The notes under the pieces: model-generated
Told to the model about the DNA's origin: nothing
What the model saw: only the letters and a program-made list of their open reading frames with translations
The model's database searches: none
Translations under genes and position numbers: made by a program
Part shown: positions 1 through 8,513 of the stretch, piece by piece
Position numbering within the stretch: the first letter of the stretch is position 1
Layout of the letters: every line of letters starts with the position of its first letter
Source: an uncultured Gammaproteobacteria bacterium
GTDB taxonomy: Bacteria > Pseudomonadota > Gammaproteobacteria > Arenicellales > JAANXG01
NCBI GenBank assembly: GCA_963731035.1
Contig: CAVSUY010000022.1
Location: forward strand, 4,887 to 68,886
Direction of reading: 5' to 3'
Length of the DNA stretch: 64,000 bases

Positions 1-98
1 CCGGATTGCGTATCGATCCGCGAACCCCCGTTCCCGACTGGTACGGCGAGTCGATGGATGATTCGATGGCGGTGGAGGGATTGTTGCAGCGGGAATAG
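1..98 (+). CDS. 3' end of a DUF222/HNH endonuclease paralogue (runs off left edge)
   Basis: Reads GLRIDPRTPVPDWYGESMDDSMAVEGLLQRE*. This closely matches the C-terminus of the HNH gene at 7181-8493 (GLRIDPQTPIPAWDGEPMDDSMAVEGLLHWD*). Confidence 0.7.
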   Translation, partial: GLRIDPRTPVPDWYGESMDDSMAVEGLLQRE

Positions 99-161
99 GC
101 TCAAGCGCCTGTGTGGAGCGTGCCCACTGCACCGTCTGTCCCGCCGCCCAGGAAAGAGATT

Positions 162-181
162 CGGTATCCTGTCCCCGGAAC
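162..181. repeat. REP family 1 unit (cggtatcctgtccccggaac)
   Basis: Same ~20-mer as at 5564-5583 and 5662-5681, and as the units flanking the RAYT gene at 46.1-46.9 kb. Sits just 3' of the 185-661 stop codon. Confidence 0.7.
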
Positions 182-184
182 TCG

Positions 185-661
185 CTACGCGGCGGGCCGT
201 CCCGTGAACTCGATCTCGCCTCCAGGCAGCATGTAGAGCACCAGCGAGCGGCCTCCCTTCACCGTGGGAAAGTGGTCCGATCCCGCTTCGAAGACGCACC
301 AGCCGCGTGGATGACCATTGAACCGCGCGTCCTCGTCCACCGGCATCACCATGCAGATCTCGCCGTTGGGATGCCGATGATGGGGGCCGACAATGTTCTC
401 CAGGTCAACCACGTCGACACTCAGACCATGGGTCTCACGGGCAGGCTCGATGACACGGCCGAATCGCCGTCCCTGCTCGCCCTGAGCGCACATCCAGCCC
501 GCGGAGATGGCCGCGTGGCAAGCTTCTTCGATGCCACGGAAGATTTCCCCATCCTGAGGAAACTGGGAGTTCAGTAGCTGTGCCAGGCTTTGATCCACCG
601 GCTTGTCCGCGACCGCGTTCAGCACGGGTTCGAGCAGGGGTTGAAATTCCTGGACGTTCAT
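185..661 (-). CDS. cupin-like hypothetical protein (possibly DUF4863-type)
   Basis: 158-aa ORF with an ATG start. His-rich motif GPHHRHPNGE typical of cupin metal sites. Family name is from memory only. Confidence 0.65.
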   Translation of the reverse strand: MNVQEFQPLLEPVLNAVADKPVDQSLAQLLNSQFPQDGEIFRGIEEACHAAISAGWMCAQGEQGRRFGRVIEPARETHGLSVDVVDLENIVGPHHRHPNGEICMVMPVDEDARFNGHPRGWCVFEAGSDHFPTVKGGRSLVLYMLPGGEIEFTGRPAA

Positions 662-760
662 AGGGCAGCGTCACCTCCGGTGCTATGCCATAGTGATTGC
701 AGTCTCCGTAAAGTACCAGCATTCTGGTCCGAATCAAAAAAACAGCAAGAAAACAAGGAC

Positions 761-848
761 AGACCACGGTTCCGTCCACGACTACGTCGGTGTATGCGCT
801 CAATCTGGCGGTAAGCATCGAATATTAGCAACAAATGCTCTCTGACCC
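761..848 (-). repeat. junction module A (28-nt core at 821-848 plus ~60-nt arm shared with module C)
   Basis: Minus-strand core GGGTCAGAGAGCATTTGTTGCTAATATT starts ~20 nt after the K+ channel stop. The arm aligns with 4683-4742. Confidence 0.8.
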
Positions 849-866
849 TGTTTTTCTACTGTTTTT

Positions 867-2576
867 CTAAGCCGAATCATGCGGCAACACTGGATACACT
901 TCGAAATAGCTTGCAAGCGCCTGTTCACTGCCGCAGACGTAGAGGACGTCGCCTTCGGCGATGGTGAAGTCCTCTTCAAACTCCACGAACACCGCGGTGC
1001 CGCGCCCAACGGCGACAATCTGGCATCCGGTCTTTTCGCGCACGCCCGCCCGCCACGGATGGTTGCCTACAAGTCGATCGGCATCCGCGCTCACGACCCT
1101 GAGGCTCGGCTCGACACTGACGTAATCCTCACCCAGCAGATGGTATACGAGCAATCGCCCGGACACCTGCCCGACGGAAAGGGCAAAGTCGACGCCCAGG
1201 CGATGCAGCCGTTCTACACTCTGGTCGAGATTGACACGCGCATACAAAGGCACGTCGGGCGCGTAGTCGCGGAGTATGGCCGCGGCAAAAAGAGATTCGC
1301 TGTCATTGCCGATGGTAAGAATGACGGCACGGGCATTGCGAATGTCGGCGGTCTTCAGCGTCTGCTGGCGTAGCAGATTGCCCACGATGTCGACACCGTC
1401 TTCCGCCCTGTCATTGACGACAAGAACCTCTTCGCCGGCGTCGCGCAGCAATTCCGCAACCTTGGCGCCGACTTCGCCGTAACCCGCCACGACGAGAGGC
1501 CCATCGAGAGGCGTTGCCGTGGCAAGTTCGCCAAGTCGCGCGAGCGCGGGGTGGCTGCCAATGGCAATGAGAATAGAACGGGCATACAAACGCGTGTCGC
1601 CGTTCGGCTGATCGATGAGCTTCCCGTCGTTCCACAGACCAATCACCGTCGCGCCCATCGTTTCACGAATTCCGACTTCTTCCAGCGTGCGCCCCGCCAG
1701 ACGACTGTCGGCAGTGACGCGAAGCTGCGCCACCGCGATGTTGGCGCCGATTTGCTGCACGCCGCTGACACTGGGGTTTATCCGCTGGCTGGCGCGGGCG
1801 GCGAGTGCCGCAGCCAGTACATGCCGCGGCGTGAACACGACGTTCGCCCCAGCTTGAGTCATGGCGTGGCGGTGCAGCGGGTCCTCCGCGAGCGCAACCA
1901 CCTGCCCTTCGAAACCAACTTCGCGGGCGGCCATGGTCAGAATCGCGTTTTCGTCGTCGCTGCCATTGGCCACCAGCGCCTGGGCACCTGTGAGTTGACC
2001 GGCCTGGAAGCGATCTTCATTCAAGTCCATGAGTATTACTTTGTGACCGCGTTCCAACAAGCGCCGCGCCACGGGTTCTTCGGACTCGACGATCAGGTAC
2101 GGCCTATGGAAACTCCGCAGTTCTGCCACCAAGGAGGCAACCGGTGGCCCGTATTGGAATATCAGGATCTCCCCCTCGAGATGCGGCAAGGCCCGCGGCA
2201 CCCGGGCCTCGAACCGTTCCTCGAAGAAGGGCAGGACGTAAACAGGGAGGATCATGAAGATCAGGAACAGACCCGCGAACTGGACGAGGATGACGAACAG
2301 CACCATGCGCGGGTCCTGCCAATGCGCATCCTGGCCGTAACCGGTCGTGGTCAGGGTCTCCGCCGCCCATTCGAGACTTTCCCAGATGGTGCGGGCATGT
2401 CCCTCGAGATGGGCCATGCCCTCCATGTAGACAAAAGCGAATACCACGAGCGACAGCGGTACCATGGCGAGCAGCAATAACAACCGTTGTGTCGGACGAC
2501 GCATCGCACGGCCCCACGCCGGAATTGTTGGAATTGGGGTAAGTCTACCACCAAGCCGTGCAGCGCCCGGTGGCAC
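867..2576 (-). CDS. K+ channel with tandem RCK/TrkA-N domains
   Basis: Selectivity filter TTTGYGQ. GYGEVG Rossmann motif and TrkA-C-like tail. True start may be the internal Met at 2504 (MRRPTQRLLLLL). Confidence 0.85.
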   Translation of the reverse strand: MPPGAARLGGRLTPIPTIPAWGRAMRRPTQRLLLLLAMVPLSLVVFAFVYMEGMAHLEGHARTIWESLEWAAETLTTTGYGQDAHWQDPRMVLFVILVQFAGLFLIFMILPVYVLPFFEERFEARVPRALPHLEGEILIFQYGPPVASLVAELRSFHRPYLIVESEEPVARRLLERGHKVILMDLNEDRFQAGQLTGAQALVANGSDDENAILTMAAREVGFEGQVVALAEDPLHRHAMTQAGANVVFTPRHVLAAALAARASQRINPSVSGVQQIGANIAVAQLRVTADSRLAGRTLEEVGIRETMGATVIGLWNDGKLIDQPNGDTRLYARSILIAIGSHPALARLGELATATPLDGPLVVAGYGEVGAKVAELLRDAGEEVLVVNDRAEDGVDIVGNLLRQQTLKTADIRNARAVILTIGNDSESLFAAAILRDYAPDVPLYARVNLDQSVERLHRLGVDFALSVGQVSGRLLVYHLLGEDYVSVEPSLRVVSADADRLVGNHPWRAGVREKTGCQIVAVGRGTAVFVEFEEDFTIAEGDVLYVCGSEQALASYFEVYPVLPHDSA

Positions 2577-2750
2577 TTGCCGGGAGAGGATACGGGGAAC
2601 TCTCCGCCAGTAATTGTCACGACGCCGCTCGCTATCCCGAGCAAGCGATCCGGGGCCACCCTCGGCGATTTCGAGCCACCCGACTTTACGCAGGGATGCA
2701 CGAGGGGAAAATGGGAATGGACCTTCTTTGACTGCGGATCTTGTTCTCGA

Positions 2751-2778
2751 ATATCAGGAACAAATGCTCTCTGACCCG
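2751..2778 (-). repeat. junction core B
   Basis: Plus strand aatatcaggaacaaatgctctctgaccc. Lies in the divergent gap between the K+ channel and the JmjC-like gene. Confidence 0.8.
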
Positions 2779-2838
2779 GTTTTCACAAAATAACTTGGAA
2801 CACGGCTAAAATCGCCGCTGAAGACTGGTGGAATATCT

Positions 2839-4131
2839 ATGACCAAACAAAATCTGAAATTCCTGGACCAGCTGTTTCCCGAGTCTGGCGGAGAGGCGTT
2901 TATCAATGATTGGTGGCTCAAGAGATATACTCTCCAGCACGGTGAAGTGTCGCGCTTGCCATCTTGTTTGCAAGCTCCGGACGGAGCAGTTGCCGGTATA
3001 CATTGCCTTGAAAACTGGCGCAAAGGCGACCTTTTTGATGTCGCCGTGGTTGACGACATCGACTATACCCAATACACGGTTCGCGACTTGCCTCCGATGG
3101 CGTTATATCGAGTTGGCGCACCTGTAATGCTAAGTAACCCTCATTATCGCAACAATGAACTTGCCGATTGGGTGACCGGAGTCAGCAGTGAACTCGGTAT
3201 CGCCAACGAATTTGTGACAGTTAATGCCTGGTTCGCGCGAAAGTCCTACGGACTAGGCATGCACTACGACCCAGGTGAAGTCATCCTGATTCAACTGGTT
3301 GGCAACAAACGAATGCAAATTTGTACTAATCAATTCACGACGATGCCGGATACACAATATGAGCTCTGCAAGCCCTGCGAGCAGAGCGAGTTGCCGCTCT
3401 TTGCCAATGGGTTTCCAGAGGGTGAACTGGAAGGCACGGAGGAAATAGAGCTGTACCCCGGGTCCGTACTGGCCATGCCGCGCGGCACTTGGCATAACTC
3501 TCTGGCGATGGATTCAGAATCGATTGCCCTCGCTCTGTTCTTTCGCACGCCGACAGTCGTAAGCCTTGTAATTTCATACTTGCGGGAATTCTTACGGCAG
3601 GATCCACTCTGGCGTACGCCCTTGTTCGGCCTCAAACTGGAAGGTGACAACAGTAAAGATATCCAAGGAGCAATGGACACTATATCAACCAGTTTGCAAA
3701 CTCTTGACAAGTATATCCATGCCATTCACCCGGAGCAGGTGATCGCTCATGCAGAACCGGTGATCAGCCGTATTCATCGACTGAAACAGGCGCCCTATTC
3801 GCTTCAGCGGCTACCTGAAGCCAGTTTATCGATCAAGGCAACGAACAGCGACGCCTGTCAGATAGTCATCCACGCTCGACTGAACATGCAACAGACCAAA
3901 ACCAGCGAGATGGAACTGGATAGCAGCGTAGTCGGAGCACTGGAATGGATATCCGAACATCCAGCGCGATTTACAATAAAGGAAATTGCTTCAGCGTGCC
4001 CGGAATTACCTTTGGATCATATCGAAGGTTTGATTGACGTACTTCTGGAAACAAACTATTTGGCACTTCTGCCTTTCCCATCAATCCAACCCAATGACGG
4101 TTTCTCGAGTTCAGTTGGGGAGCAAAACTGA
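2839..4131 (+). CDS. JmjC/cupin-4-like putative 2OG-Fe(II) oxygenase
   Basis: 430-aa ORF with lower GC than background. HxD...H pattern (GMHYDPGEVILIQLVGNKR ... PRGTWHNS). Confidence 0.7.
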   Translation: MTKQNLKFLDQLFPESGGEAFINDWWLKRYTLQHGEVSRLPSCLQAPDGAVAGIHCLENWRKGDLFDVAVVDDIDYTQYTVRDLPPMALYRVGAPVMLSNPHYRNNELADWVTGVSSELGIANEFVTVNAWFARKSYGLGMHYDPGEVILIQLVGNKRMQICTNQFTTMPDTQYELCKPCEQSELPLFANGFPEGELEGTEEIELYPGSVLAMPRGTWHNSLAMDSESIALALFFRTPTVVSLVISYLREFLRQDPLWRTPLFGLKLEGDNSKDIQGAMDTISTSLQTLDKYIHAIHPEQVIAHAEPVISRIHRLKQAPYSLQRLPEASLSIKATNSDACQIVIHARLNMQQTKTSEMELDSSVVGALEWISEHPARFTIKEIASACPELPLDHIEGLIDVLLETNYLALLPFPSIQPNDGFSSSVGEQN

Positions 4132-4596
4132 ATCAATTCCCGATTGATCCCATTCCTCAAGACTTGCCATTTTCAATCCCAATAAGTCATACCGAACCAT
4201 GAGATAGCCGTCGGCTCTCCTTCTCAAGGCATAAGGGTGGCTGCAAATCAAGTCCTGCGCCATCAACCCTACGTGAGTTTTCTTCGTCGGATCGTTCTTA
4301 TATTGGAATCGATACAGCTGAATTCCATTTTCCGTAACGGATAAAGCCTCAATTTCAGTCTTCAGTCGGATGTCACTCGCGTTTCCGGCATTTCCGGCAT
4401 TCCCCGCGTTTCCAGCATTCCCGGCGTTTCCAGTCGAGTCAGAACTCTCGCTGGTTTGAGCATGGGCCGGGAGAATGACAGAGTCAATAACAGGTTTCTT
4501 CCACCCATTGGTTACTTGAGCAGTTGCCGTCATGACCAATGCACTACTTCCGGCCGTCCGCATCAAACGGCGGCGTTGCAATTGTTTTTTATTCAT
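4111..4596 (-). CDS. secreted protein: RR-containing signal, (GNA)6 linker, peptidase-S74 intramolecular-chaperone domain
   Basis: ATG at 4596 preceded by GGGGGA. Signal region QRRRLMRTAGSSALVMTATA...LPAHA. SDIRLKTEI...VGLMAQDL...MVRYDLL matches the S74 autocleaving chaperone motif. Confidence 0.8.
   Translation of the reverse strand: MNKKQLQRRRLMRTAGSSALVMTATAQVTNGWKKPVIDSVILPAHAQTSESSDSTGNAGNAGNAGNAGNAGNASDIRLKTEIEALSVTENGIQLYRFQYKNDPTKKTHVGLMAQDLICSHPYALRRRADGYLMVRYDLLGLKMASLEEWDQSGIDSVLLPN
4378..4431 (-). repeat. in-frame 9-bp tandem repeat x6 encoding (Gly-Asn-Ala)6
   Basis: Units cgcgtttcc/ggcatttcc/ggcattccc... read directly. Lies inside CDS 4111-4596. Confidence 0.9.
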
Positions 4597-4682
4597 CGCT
4601 ATATCCCCCACAATCTCAGTTTCTGGAACTGACGTTATAGAAGGTATGGCACCGCTGGTCAACCTTGGTAAAAAAACAGGTA

Positions 4683-4780
4683 CTGACCACGGTCCGTCCA
4701 CGACTACGCCAGTGTATGCGCTCATACTGGCGGTCAGCATCCAATATCAGAAACGATATGCTCTCTGACCCGGTTTCTGA
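4683..4780 (-). repeat. junction module C (core 4743-4771; 8-bp stem 4747-4754/4773-4780)
   Basis: Aligns with module A over ~90 nt. TCAGAAAC ... GTTTCTGA brackets the conserved tgctctctgaccc loop. Confidence 0.8.
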
Positions 4781-4820
4781 GCAGAAAGTGGATCTGTTCC
4801 CTCTCTCGCACGAATTGTGG

Positions 4821-5451
4821 TCAGGCATTCAGCCCCCATACGGTATCGAGAACTGTTCGCAGCGCCCTGGTACCGGACGAGGAAAAAAGCCACCCGAGGA
4901 TCCCGCAATTGATAACAACCGTCCCCCAGAACACGATCTGAAACGACCGCTTCCTGGACTTGTGACGAAGCAGCCTTTGCGCCGCCAACGCACCCGGCCA
5001 ACCGCCCACCAGGGCGAACAGGTGCAAGGTGCTCTCCTGGGTCCGCCAGCGATCATTCCTGGCGGCGGACTTGTCGAGCGCATAGGCGACAAATGCCACG
5101 ACGCTGGCGGTGCAGTACAGCCCAAGGACGGCAATCGGCAATTTGCCCGGCGAATACCGCCCCCGCCACGAATACCAGGAACCCGCCGGCCAGCACGAGC
5201 GGGATGCCACTGCGGCCGGATGATGCGTCCGACGGCAATCTCTCGCCAGCGAAAGCAACGCGCTCGGCCTGTGCCCGTCCCTTGGCGTCGGTCCGGAGCT
5301 CGTAGGTCACGACCTCGTCGCCGGCGGGTCTTCGCTGGCGGTTTGCAAACGACTTGATGTGAACGAAGACCTGCTGCCCACCGCCGTTGGGGGCGATGAA
5401 GCCAAAGCCCCTGTCGTCCTTCCAGCTTGTCATTCTGCCCTTGTGTCGCAT
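4821..5451 (-). pseudogene. cold-shock domain + DUF1294 membrane protein, frameshifted near 5145
   Basis: N-terminal frame reads MRHKGRMTSWKDDRGFGFI...VAGAVFAG. C-terminal frame reads KLPIAVLGLYC...DKSAARNDRWRTQESTLH. Span is 631 nt (3n+1), consistent with a 1-nt insertion at gggCaaa. Confidence 0.8.
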
Positions 5452-5563
5452 ACTCGCTCCTCCCGAAGGCTCTGGACGGACGCCGCGCCCGGCCTGACCT
5501 GATCCCAAGCTAAGGCCGACTAACCGAGTCTGCTACCGCAACCACAGGTTGCAACCTGGTGTT

Positions 5564-5604
5564 CGGTATACTGTCCCCGGAACACGAGACCGGGGACAGT
5601 ATAT
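5564..5604. repeat. REPIN (inverted doublet of REP family 1)
   Basis: cggTATACTGTCCCCGGaacacgagaCCGGGGACAGTATAt. A 14-nt perfect palindrome, caggttgcaacctg, lies at 5544-5557. Confidence 0.8.
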
Positions 5605-5661
5605 TGAGTTCCTTCTGCGGCAGCAGGACGGTTTGCAAGAAGCAAGTCGTCCCGACCAATC

Positions 5662-5681
5662 CGGTATACTGTCCCCAGAAC
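5662..5681. repeat. REP family 1 unit
   Basis: cggtatactgtccccagaac. Confidence 0.7.
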
Positions 5682-5685
5682 TACT

Positions 5686-5800
5686 CTTCCTCGCGCCGTG
5701 CTGCCGCCATCAGCCGCTTGCATCAATTGCTCTCCGAGGAGTCCTATGGCGCATGTCGTCGCTCGGAATCAAATATAAGGAACAAATGGTCCTCCGGGCC
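5686..5800 (-). repeat. junction module D (degenerate core plus leader and first ~13 codons shared with module F)
   Basis: Aligns with 9731-9844. Encodes M(M)QAADGGSTARG versus MRATDGSSTARG, then diverges into REP sequence. Confidence 0.75.
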
Positions 5801-5982
5801 ACGGAACAGTGATAGCCGCCTCGCCGCTCAACTCTGGCGGGGTGAAGATGTAGCAATCTTCCAAGTGGTTGGAAGGGCCAGGACTACTCCTTTCAACAGC
5901 TTGCGACGGCTTCGCCGAGTCATGCGAGTTGCTCCATCCTGCGTACTCATCTGGTTTCATCTGACGCCCGGCCTGATCTCTG

Positions 5983-6022
5983 AATATTGGGAACAAATGC
6001 TCTCTGACCCGGCTTTTGTTCC
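5983..6022 (-). repeat. junction core E with perfect 8-bp stem
   Basis: GGAACAAA (5990-5997) and TTTGTTCC (6015-6022) bracket the loop tgctctctgacccggct. Starts ~20 nt after the stop of ORF 6033-6254. Confidence 0.8.
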
Positions 6023-6032
6023 GGGAGGAGGG

Positions 6033-6254
6033 TCAATTCGAAGGGCCACAGGCGCCATCTTCGCAACTCCACGGTCCCGTCACGACCTGCCCGCCTCCCG
6101 GGGTAATGGTGCCGTCGGGAATCGAGACGGTGGCGAACAGGTTGTTGCAATCCAGACTGGTCGTGGTGTACGTGAGCGTCTCGCTCGAGCACTCGGTCGA
6201 TATGGTTATGGTATGAGTGTCAAAACCACGTCTCGCCTGAGTGGCGGGAAGCAC
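6033..6254 (-). CDS. small Thr/Cys-rich hypothetical protein (uncertain)
   Basis: 73-aa ORF. Overlaps the end of the nhaA fossil. No recognisable SD or family. Confidence 0.3.
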   Translation of the reverse strand: MLPATQARRGFDTHTITISTECSSETLTYTTTSLDCNNLFATVSIPDGTITPGGGQVVTGPWSCEDGACGPSN

Positions 6255-6904
6255 CAGTACTTAGCCTGGCTACCCACATGATTATGCCAACGAGTATGTA
6301 CGGGCTCTTCGATACATCATCGGCTCTATTGAGCACACCCAACACCGCCCCGCAAAGGACCGCTGCCCCACGCACTGGCAGAGATGATGGCCGTGTAGAA
6401 CAATGCAAGAATCAATATTGCACCAATGTCTTCCATATCGCCAGGGCAGATACTAATCTCTTGAGAGAAGTTTGCACACGACTACCCAACAATGGCAATA
6501 TACCTAACGCGAATGCGATATCCGTGGCAGCGGGAATTGCCCAACCCTGTGCGTCAGCGCATCACCGACGTTGATGACACGTAGATCCCCGCCGGGACAA
6601 GCATCCCCCCAAGAGCATCGATCCCTGGATGAATAATATTCTTTACGTCAGATAGCTCACCTGCTATGTGTTCCCGCTTCTACTCCAGACTGACACGGTC
6701 GAAAAAGACCGCCATGACGCGATCGTTAATCCAAAGCACCAGAGGCTTCGCGATTTCATCAGTCCCGATACGCACTTCCACGGCAGTCGACAGAAGCTGG
6801 CGATAATACGTGTCGAGGCGGGAATTGGCAGCGACCAGCGCCACTAGGGCGGCGAAGATCAGGATGATTCCGCCGGCGGACTCTTTCTTCAGGAATTCCG
6901 ACAT
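6220..6904 (-). pseudogene. nhaA: Na+/H+ antiporter NhaA fossil (N-terminal ~230 codons, stops and frameshifts, 3' truncated)
   Basis: MSEFLKKESAGGIILIFAALVALVAANS...LWINDRVMAVFF matches the NhaA N-terminus. Later frames give [13 protein letters not shown] and SPYILVGIIMWVA, interrupted by stops. Confidence 0.8.
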
Positions 6905-7142
6905 TATTTATCGATGTTCGCGCTTGCCGGGAACAGTATATCAACTTCGTCTGCTTCGCGACGGCCGCGATTCCGTATGCGGAACTCAACCCTATCCGCG
7001 CTCGACGCGCACCTTCTCGAGTCAAGAATCGGGTTCATGGTGCCTCCGGTTCTCGGAAAAGGATCCAACGCAAACTCTGCATTGATGTAGTTGGACATGT
7101 TCCTTTGCGCAAGTCCTTGGAAAGTAGACTCTTCAAATAAAA

Positions 7143-7162
7143 TACTGTACATTTGTACAGTA
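7143..7162 (+). promoter_or_regulatory. putative LexA (SOS) box
   Basis: TACTGTACATTTGTACAGTA fits CTGT-N8-ACAG and lies within a perfect 11+11 inverted repeat. Located 19 nt upstream of the HNH gene ATG. Confidence 0.6.
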
Positions 7163-7180
7163 TTCAAAAAGGATCCCACC

Positions 7181-8493
7181 ATGACGCACGCCGCGGCACT
7201 ACCCACCGATCACGAACGCAAACCGCTGCAAACCCTGGCCGACGAAATCACCGAGTTGTCCGCGCATATCGCCGCCGCCACCTATCGCTTCCTGATCCTG
7301 ATCCGCGAGTTCGACGAGCGCGAGGGCTGGGAAGGGCCGGGCCTCAAGTCCTGCGCCCATTGGCTCAACTGGCAATGCGGCATCGGCCTGGGCGCCGCCC
7401 GAGAGAAAGTCCGCGTCGCCCACGCCCTCACGGACCTGCCCCGGATCAGTGACGCGTTTCGCACCGGACGGATCAGCTTCTCCAAGGTCCGCGCCATGAC
7501 GCGCGTGGCGACGCCGGAGAACGAGGAGTATCTGCTCATGATCGCCGAGCACGGCACGGCCGCCCATGTCGAGCGCCTGGTCCGGGGCTACCGGAGCGTC
7601 AAGCGGACCGAGGCGCTGGAGGCGGAGAATCTTCGCCATGACCTGCGGGAGCTGTGCTGGTTCATCGACGACGACGGCAGCTACGTGCTCAAGGCCCGGC
7701 TGACCCCCGAGCAAGGAGCACGAGTCGTGCAGGCCCTGAATGCCGGCGATGGAAGCCCAATCGGATGGCGAGTCCGAGGAGCACAAAAACGTTTCCGCGG
7801 AAACGCCCATCGCCTCACGCCGCGCCGACGCCCTGGAACGCGTCGCCGAAGGATTCCTCGCCGGCGGAGACGCAGGCCAACACCGGCGGCGACCGCTGCA
7901 CCCTCCATATCCATACCGACATCGACACCCTGCGCGCCGACGGCGAAGGCGCGGAAGCCGAGCTGGCCTCAGGCGGACGCGTTTGTGCGGAAACGTCGAG
8001 ACGGCTCGCTTGCGATAGCGGCGTGGTCCGGTGGCTGGAGGCCGCCGACGGCACCACCCTGGACGTGGGCCGCCGCACCCGCAGTATTCCCCCTGCCCTG
8101 CGGCGGGCCCTGGCGCGCCGCGATCAGGGCTGCCGTTTCCCCGGCTGCACCAGCGAGCGCTTTGTCGACGCCCACCACATCCACCACTGGGCCGACGGCG
8201 GCGAAACCCGGCTCGACAACCTCGTGCTCCTATGTCGCCACCACCACCGCCTGGTGCACGAAGGCGGCTATGCGGTCAGGATGGACTCGGGCAGTGAGCC
8301 CATCTTCACCGACCAGGCCGGTGAAACCATCCCCACCGGACCCGATACACGTTTCCGCGGAAACGTCTTCGCGCTCACCACCCGCAATCGCCGAGCCGGG
8401 CTGCGCATCGACCCGCAAACCCCCATTCCCGCCTGGGATGGCGAGCCGATGGACGATTCGATGGCAGTGGAGGGGTTGCTGCACTGGGACTGA
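7181..8493 (+). pseudogene. DUF222 + HNH endonuclease with two frameshifts (near 7742 and 7870)
   Basis: Reading passes through three frames: MTHAAALPTD...QALNA, then AMEAQSDGE...VSAETP...RRADALERVAEGF, then NTGGDRCTLHIHTD...CRFPGC...HHIHHWADGG...LLCRHHHRLVHEGG. Confidence 0.85.
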
Positions 8494-8513
8494 GCTGGCG
8501 GTCCTGCAATTGA

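Noticed and set aside
5520-5726. 68-aa ORF as a real gene
   Set aside because: Only its first ~13 codons are homologous to the 9768 gene start. The remainder is translated REP/REPIN sequence.
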